Below, piece by piece: positions 58,926 through 64,000 of a stretch of 64,000 nucleotides of DNA. The notes below the pieces were generated by a model. The model saw only the letters and a list, made by a program, of their open reading frames with translations. It was not told the DNA's origin and made no database searches. The DNA comes from an uncultured Mediterraneibacter sp. Lineage in GTDB: Bacteria; Bacillota; Clostridia; Lachnospirales; Lachnospiraceae. The stretch lies in NCBI GenBank assembly GCA_934309345.1, contig CAKRDD010000018.1, positions 5,832 through 69,831 of the forward strand, given 5' to 3'. Every line of letters begins with the position of its first letter. Position 1 is the stretch's first letter. The position numbers and the translations under genes were made by a program.

Positions 58926-59506
58926 TTGTTCAATCTATCTCCTATTTGTCTCTTTGTTGCTTCAAAATCTCCACTATTATCAATTACAACTGTGCATGCT
59001 TTTCGAAATGCTTCTTCTGCCGGTTGTGAAGCAATCATCCTGGTGATCTTTTCATCTGTATAATGTCTGGAACTTTTCAGTCGTTCTCTGCGGACTGCTT
59101 CATCTGTGTAAATATACCACAGCTCATCACACAGTTCCTTCCCAACTTCCGGAAGAAGTGCTGCTTCTACTATATAATAAGAGCAGCACTCTTCTTTTTT
59201 CTTTAAAATATCTTTCTGAACCCATTCCAGCACTTCCGGATGCACAATGTCATTCAATATTTGTAATTTCTTCTCATCTGCAAATACGCAGCTTCCAAGT
59301 TTCATGCGATCCAGTTCGCCATCATTTCCAACAATCTGTTCACCAAATTCCTGTACGATTCTCGTAAATGCCCGTGTCCCTTTCTTCTGGATCTGCTTTG
59401 CAACTTCATCCATCTGGCAGACTACCGCACCGTATTCCTGTTCGAGGAATTTTAAAACTTCACTTTTCCCGGATCCAACTCCGCCTGTAATTCCAATTAC
59501 TTTCAT
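58922..59506 (-). CDS. coaE: Dephospho-CoA kinase
   Basis: MKVIGITGGVGSGKS contains the P-loop. The start is set at 59506 (RBS gagg), adjacent to the polA stop. Confidence 0.92.
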   Translation of the reverse strand: MKVIGITGGVGSGKSEVLKFLEQEYGAVVCQMDEVAKQIQKKGTRAFTRIVQEFGEQIVGNDGELDRMKLGSCVFADEKKLQILNDIVHPEVLEWVQKDILKKKEECCSYYIVEAALLPEVGKELCDELWYIYTDEAVRRERLKSSRHYTDEKITRMIASQPAEEAFRKACTVVIDNSGDFEATKRQIGDRLNK

Positions 59507-59507
59507 C

Positions 59508-62123
59508 TTATTTTGCCTCATACCAGTTCTTCCCTGTATGCATATCTACACTGAGCGGAACTGACAATTCTGCAGCGTGTTCCATCTTATCCTGAAGAAT
59601 CTGCTGTACTTCTTCTAATTCTGTTTCATCCGCTTCGATCAAAAGCTCATCATGCACCTGAAGGATCATCCGTGATTTCAGATTTCTCTTCTTCAATTCC
59701 TCATTTACATGAATCATTGCAATCTTAATGATATCTGCAGCAGTTCCCTGGATCGGTGCATTCATTGCCACGCGCTCTCCAAAGTTTCTCTGCATAAAAT
59801 TGCTGGATTTTAATTCTGGCATCGGCCGTCTTCTTCCGTACAAAGTCTCTGCATATCCTTTTTCTTTTGCATCGCTTACACATTTATCAAGAAATGTTTT
59901 GATTCCCGGATAAGATTCAAAATAATGCTCGATATACTGCGCCGCCTCTTTTCTCGAAATACTCAAATCCTGGCTCAGTCCAAAAGAACTGATTCCATAC
60001 ACAATACCGAAATTAACTGCTTTTGCATTTCTTCTCTGCAGATCTGTCACTTCATCAAATGGTACGTGGAATACCTGGGAAGCTGTCATCCGATGAATAT
60101 CTCTCGCTTCACGATATGCCTGGATCAGCTGCTCATCACCGGAACAATGCGCCAGAATACGAAGCTCGATCTGAGAGTAATCCGCATCCACAAAGACACA
60201 ACCTTCTTTTGGCACAAATACTTTACGGATCAAACGTCCAAGTTCCATACGCACCGGGATATTCTGCAGATTCGGTTCTGTACTGCTGATACGTCCTGTA
60301 GCTGTGATCGTCTGATTAAATTTACTGTGGATTCTTCCATCCATTCCGATATAATTCGCAAGTCCGTCTGCATATGTTGACTTCAGTTTTGCAAGCTGAC
60401 GATACTCCAAAATCTTTGCTACAATAGGATATTCCGGTGCAAGTTTATCCAACACATCCGCTGCTGTAGAATACCCGGTCTTTGTCTTCTTTGCATGAGG
60501 CATTTCCAGTTTTTCAAAAAGAATCACGCCAAGCTGTTTTGGAGAATTGATATTAAACTCTTCCCCTGCCATTTCATAAATCTCTTTTTCCAGCTCAACG
60601 ATTCTTGCTCCAAGCTCTTCTCCGTAACGCTTCAGCTCTTCACCTTCAACTTTAACACCAGCCTGTTCCATATCATACAATGTAAATACTAACGGCATTT
60701 CAATTTCATTAAATAAACAGAACATTCCAGTCTCTTCCAGTTTCTTCTCAAGAACCGGTACACAAGCATAAGCTGTATATGCCTCGTAACATGATTTTGT
60801 ACCCTCATCAAGTTTTTCATCAATCAGAAGATTCAAATGTTCTCTTGCCACATCTTCTGCATTGTAATCATTTTTCAGAGGATTCAGAAGATATGCTGCC
60901 ACGATCGCGTCAAACCCGTTCTCACTTGTAAGCTCCGGCAGCCATTCCAGATATTCTTTCAATCCACACATCGAGAAACATTTCACGCATTTCGCAAGGT
61001 GAGATAGTTTTCCTGTCAGATACTCAAAATCAGCATCCATATCACAAGGAATCGTAACAATCTTTTCTGCTTCATAGCAAAGAGAAATACGTCCATATCC
61101 AGAAGCATGTGCAAACAGCGGAAGTACATTTCCTGCATCTTTGGAAAATGCTACTCCGACAGTTTCTGCTTTTTCCGCCTCTTTAAAGACTTTCTCTATC
61201 TCCTTTTTCCCTGTTATCTCACAGAAATATTTTTCCACATCATTCACTGACGCTTCTACATCAAATCTTCCAAGCAGATTTTTAAACTCCAGTCTTTGGA
61301 ATAATTCATGGGCTTCTTTTGTATAAGGATTCTCATGGCGGGCATTTTCAATCTCAAACGTAATATCTGCGTCCAGTTTAATCGTCGCAAGTGTCTTACT
61401 AAGCTGTGCCTGCTCCCAGAATTCTTTCAGATTCTTGCTTGCTCTTGGCGGTTTCAGTTCATCAACATGCTCGTACGCATTTTCAATCGTCTGGTACTGC
61501 TGAATGATCTTTGTCGCTGTCTTTTCACCAACTCCCGGAACTCCTGGAATATTATCAGCAGTATCACCCATCAAAGCCTTTACATCAATAAATTCCTTCG
61601 GTGTTACACCATAACGTTCCTGCACATCTGACGCATAATAATCTTCTACTTCTGTCTTCCCCTGCTTCGTCTTTGGAATACGGATCTTAATATGCTCTGT
61701 CGCAAGCTGAAGCGTATCACGGTCTCCGGAAATAATGGAAACATCCATTCCATTCTCCTCACAACGATGAGACAAGGTTCCCAGAAGGTCATCCGCCTCA
61801 AGTCCGGCCTTTTCAATCACTTCTATATGCATTGCACGCAGAACGTCCTTGATTACAGGCACCTGCTGACGCAGTTCCTCTGCCATTGGCTTTCTTGTAC
61901 CTTTATAATCTGCAAACATCTCATGTCGAAATGTCGGCGCATGCACATCAAATGTAACCGTCAGATATTCCGGTTTCTCTTCATCTAATATCTTAAACAT
62001 AATATTCAGGAATCCATAAACTGCGTTCGTATGCAGTCCTTCCGAATTCGTCAGATCCGGAACTCCGTAAAACGCCCGGTTCAATATACTGTGTCCATCG
62101 ATCAGTACTATTTTATCTCTCAT
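59508..62123 (-). CDS. polA: DNA polymerase I
   Basis: The 5'-3' exonuclease region includes LIDGHSILNRAFY. Polymerase motif A is DYSQIELRILAH, motif B is RRNAKAVNFGIVYG, and motif C is QVHDEL. The start is set at MRDKIVL (62123, RBS ggagag). Confidence 0.97.
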   Translation of the reverse strand: MRDKIVLIDGHSILNRAFYGVPDLTNSEGLHTNAVYGFLNIMFKILDEEKPEYLTVTFDVHAPTFRHEMFADYKGTRKPMAEELRQQVPVIKDVLRAMHIEVIEKAGLEADDLLGTLSHRCEENGMDVSIISGDRDTLQLATEHIKIRIPKTKQGKTEVEDYYASDVQERYGVTPKEFIDVKALMGDTADNIPGVPGVGEKTATKIIQQYQTIENAYEHVDELKPPRASKNLKEFWEQAQLSKTLATIKLDADITFEIENARHENPYTKEAHELFQRLEFKNLLGRFDVEASVNDVEKYFCEITGKKEIEKVFKEAEKAETVGVAFSKDAGNVLPLFAHASGYGRISLCYEAEKIVTIPCDMDADFEYLTGKLSHLAKCVKCFSMCGLKEYLEWLPELTSENGFDAIVAAYLLNPLKNDYNAEDVAREHLNLLIDEKLDEGTKSCYEAYTAYACVPVLEKKLEETGMFCLFNEIEMPLVFTLYDMEQAGVKVEGEELKRYGEELGARIVELEKEIYEMAGEEFNINSPKQLGVILFEKLEMPHAKKTKTGYSTAADVLDKLAPEYPIVAKILEYRQLAKLKSTYADGLANYIGMDGRIHSKFNQTITATGRISSTEPNLQNIPVRMELGRLIRKVFVPKEGCVFVDADYSQIELRILAHCSGDEQLIQAYREARDIHRMTASQVFHVPFDEVTDLQRRNAKAVNFGIVYGISSFGLSQDLSISRKEAAQYIEHYFESYPGIKTFLDKCVSDAKEKGYAETLYGRRRPMPELKSSNFMQRNFGERVAMNAPIQGTAADIIKIAMIHVNEELKKRNLKSRMILQVHDELLIEADETELEEVQQILQDKMEHAAELSVPLSVDMHTGKNWYEAK

Positions 62124-62296
62124 CAGATTCTCTCCTATTATCTCTTGCTTTTTGTTGCATTTAATTTTAACCATTATTAAAGTATACACTAATTAACTTC
62201 TTTTTTAAAGGTTCATTTTATGGTATCATAATTTAGGGCTTTTGACTCCAATATCTTGTAAACAATATTTTCAGAAATACAATCAGGAGAATTATT

Positions 62297-62926
62297 ATGG
62301 ATGGAATTATATTTGATGTAGATGGAACACTTTGGGATTCTGTTGAAGTTGTAGCCGAATCCTGGAATCTTGCAATAAAAGAGAACTCTGATCTTGAGCC
62401 AAACTTAAACCGCGAAATTCTTCAGGGACTGTTTGGAAAAACAATGGACGAAATTGCGGCCGGAGTTTTTCCTGATCTTGACCTGAATGCTCGAAAAAAG
62501 CTGATGGATATCTGTTTTGAGTATGAAAACCGGTACCTTGAGACACATCCCGGCACTTATTACGAAGGTGTTATGGATACACTCAAAGAGCTGGCTTTGG
62601 AATACCCTCTTTTTATTGTAAGCAACTGTCAATGTGGATATATTGAAGTTATGATGAAAGGCGCAGGCATGGAACCATATATCAAAGATTTCCTTTGTTT
62701 TGGCCAGACACAGACTTCCAAAGATCAGACGATTCTGAAATTAATGGAGAAAAATAATCTGAAAGCCCCTGTCTATGTCGGAGATACCCAGGGCGATGCT
62801 GACTCCTGTAAAAAAGCCGGTATTCCTTTTATCTTTGCCAAATATGGACTTGGAGATGTTAAAGAAGATTATCCGACGATACATTCTTTTTCAGAATTAA
62901 AAAACATTTTGAGGGAGCTTGATTAA
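62297..62926 (+). CDS. HAD-superfamily hydrolase (phosphoglycolate-phosphatase-like)
   Basis: IIFDVDGTLWDS is the DxDGT motif I. VGDTQGDADS is motif IV. Confidence 0.85.
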   Translation: MDGIIFDVDGTLWDSVEVVAESWNLAIKENSDLEPNLNREILQGLFGKTMDEIAAGVFPDLDLNARKKLMDICFEYENRYLETHPGTYYEGVMDTLKELALEYPLFIVSNCQCGYIEVMMKGAGMEPYIKDFLCFGQTQTSKDQTILKLMEKNNLKAPVYVGDTQGDADSCKKAGIPFIFAKYGLGDVKEDYPTIHSFSELKNILRELD

Positions 62927-62952
62927 CGCCTCCGCTTCTGTTTATTTAAAGC

Positions 62953-63025
62953 AAACTGACAAATCACGCAAAACATTTTCTGTCCGTTAAGGATTTCGTT
63001 CTGTTGTGATCTGTCAGTTTTTTAT
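62953..63025. terminator. Possible bidirectional terminator between the HAD gene (+) and the 69-aa ORF (-)
   Basis: aaactgacaaatcac (62953-62967) pairs with gtgatctgtcagttt (63006-63020), a 15-bp stem with one mismatch, followed by tttttt. The loop is unusually long (38 nt). Confidence 0.4.
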
Positions 63026-63234
63026 TACTCTCGACTTTTTTCATAGTCCCGGATCTTACGCATCAATCCACGATAAATCTTATCCTGAAGCAATTCCCGA
63101 TATTCATACGATACCGGATATTCATTCATAAAATCGGGATGTTCTTTTATATAGCAATCCCTTTCTTCTTTCGTCGCATTCAACAGATATTTTTCATAAT
63201 AATCCATATCATCTATTTTTTCTTTATTCATCAC
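63025..63234 (-). CDS. Hypothetical small protein (69 aa)
   Basis: Charged, Tyr/Glu-rich sequence with no recognisable motif. It is divergent from the XRE regulator gene. Confidence 0.45.
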   Translation of the reverse strand: MMNKEKIDDMDYYEKYLLNATKEERDCYIKEHPDFMNEYPVSYEYRELLQDKIYRGLMRKIRDYEKSRE

Positions 63235-63301
63235 TTTCTCCCATTCCCCTTAGTTCTTATGCTGTCTCATTTCTTGCACATTTCTTCATGTTTTTATCAA
63301 T

Positions 63302-63335
63302 TATAGTCGTAGTACGACTATATTTCAATAGTCGT
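63302..63335. promoter_or_regulatory. Operator-like palindrome TATAGTCGT-AGT-ACGACTATA plus an extra half-site
   Basis: The palindrome is at 63302-63322, and the third half-site atagtcgt is at 63328-63335. Both lie in the divergent intergenic region between the 69-aa ORF and the XRE gene. Confidence 0.5.
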
Positions 63336-63461
63336 GTCAGGACTTTTATATAATAATCCAAAAATACAAAAGAGATCAGATTATTGTCCACCGGATACTG
63401 TGAACAATAGCTTGCTGCCGGTTAAGTTCGCACACCGGCTTTAAGGTACGAGGATGGGATT

Positions 63462-63662
63462 ATGAAATTCGAAAATATACGAAATTTGCGAGAAGATAAT
63501 GATAAAACGCAGAAAGAAGTTGCTGCATATCTCAATATTAAGCAGACTACATATTCTAAATATGAACTTGGAAAAATCAACGTTCCTATTGATGTCTTTA
63601 TCAAGCTTGCTGATTATTATACAGTCTCAATTGATTATCTCGTTGGACGTGGGAAAAGGTGA
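63462..63662 (+). CDS. XRE-family (Cro/CI-type) helix-turn-helix regulator
   Basis: LREDNDKTQKEVAAYLNIKQTTYSKYELGKINVPIDVFIKLADYY is a typical HTH_3 domain. Confidence 0.85.
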   Translation: MKFENIRNLREDNDKTQKEVAAYLNIKQTTYSKYELGKINVPIDVFIKLADYYTVSIDYLVGRGKR

Positions 63663-63797
63663 AATTACAGACAAAGAATGTGCCTCGGCACATTCTTGCG
63701 CCTGCGGCGGTCGCTTGCGACACCTACCTTGTACGCCGCAGTGCGCATCCCTAGCGGAGCGTTTTTTATATATTAGGAAAGCACTTTCCTAATATAT

Positions 63798-63848
63798 AAA
63801 AAATCTCTGAATATCTTACAAACAATGAATCCGCAAGATATTCAGAGA
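63798..63848 (-). terminator. Intrinsic terminator downstream of tRNA-Leu
   Basis: tctctgaatatctt (63804-63817) pairs with aagatattcagaga (63835-63848), a 14-bp stem. The A6 run at 63798-63803 is a T6 run on the minus strand. Confidence 0.7.
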
Positions 63849-63858
63849 TTAAGTTCGA

Positions 63859-63941
63859 TGCCGCTGGCCGGACTCGAACCGGCACGGCTACTAACCGCTT
63901 GATTTTGAGTCAAGTGCGTCTGCCAATTCCGCCACAGCGGC
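63859..63941 (-). tRNA. tRNA-Leu (anticodon CAA), type II with a long variable arm, no encoded CCA
   Basis: The minus strand reads gccgctgtggcggaattggcagacgcacttgactCAAaatcaagcggttagtagccgtgccggttcgagtccggccagcggca. The acceptor stem is GCCGCTG/CAGCGGC, the anticodon stem is cttga/tcaag around loop ctCAAaa, and the T-arm is gccgg-ttcgagt-ccggc. Confidence 0.93.
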
Positions 63942-64000
63942 TTATTCTGTCGGACAAGAAAATCTTCCTGTCCGAATCAGCTTTTTTATGTTACCATATC

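Noticed and set aside
63705-63730. The 11-mer CTTGCGACACC at 63714-63724 is shared with the 3' tail of repeat copy B. The 11-mer AGCAGGACTGA at 51625-51635 (ackA terminator) is shared with copy A.
   Set aside because: With a ~250-nt query, several exact 11-mer hits are expected by chance in a window of this size. The extended similarity is short and involves low-complexity GC stems.
1-64000. Search for CRISPR arrays, rRNA genes, transposases, integrases, restriction-modification systems, toxin-antitoxin pairs, retron or reverse-transcriptase genes, or other recognisable defence operons.
   Set aside because: I saw no regularly spaced direct repeats and no rRNA-like segments. No ORF carries the catalytic motifs of these families. 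The only tandem or dispersed repeats are those reported above.

Overview
This is a 64-kb chromosomal segment from a low-GC Gram-positive bacterium. Gene content (PolC, Rho, single-chain PurL, galKT, pta-ackA, plsX-acpP-rnc-smc-ftsY) looks Clostridia/Lachnospiraceae-like. Positions ~1-5700 are one end of a visibly more AT-rich mobile element that runs off the left edge of the window. All of its genes are on the minus strand: an acidic paralog pair, ssb, a parB-like gene, parA, a sigma-region-4-like protein and a tandem-HTH protein. Each of its four transcription units is preceded by a 17-bp palindrome GTRCCGAAWTTCGGYAC. It also carries an oppositely oriented small-RNA candidate with a consensus promoter and an intrinsic terminator. 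The rest of the window is densely packed housekeeping DNA, mostly on the minus strand: purL, a LysR regulator, a nuclease-helicase, SPFH/NfeD, ptsI, csp, glyA, polC, ispG, hisC, prfA-prmC, rpmE, rho, malic enzyme, rarA, an AraC regulator with galKT, ilvA, ftsY, smc, rnc, acpP, plsX, rpmF, ackA, pta, tmcAL, degV, coaE, polA and tRNA-Leu(CAA). I found no CRISPR array, rRNA, transposase, integrase or recognisable defence operon. The most interesting unexplained signal is non-coding: a ~200-nt repeat family with three copies (14995-15200 +, 42593-42800 +, 42238-42450 -). It has a long closing helix kept by compensatory changes, or by completely different sequence in the third copy, around two invariant unpaired segments, which fits an unclassified structured RNA. 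One hairpin module of this family also occurs alone at 54201-54250. A second, unrelated small repeat family has 18-bp terminal inverted repeats and 8-bp flanking direct repeats, and sits right at the stop codons of purL and a deacetylase gene. All calls come from reading the sequence and the ORF translations. No database search was run.
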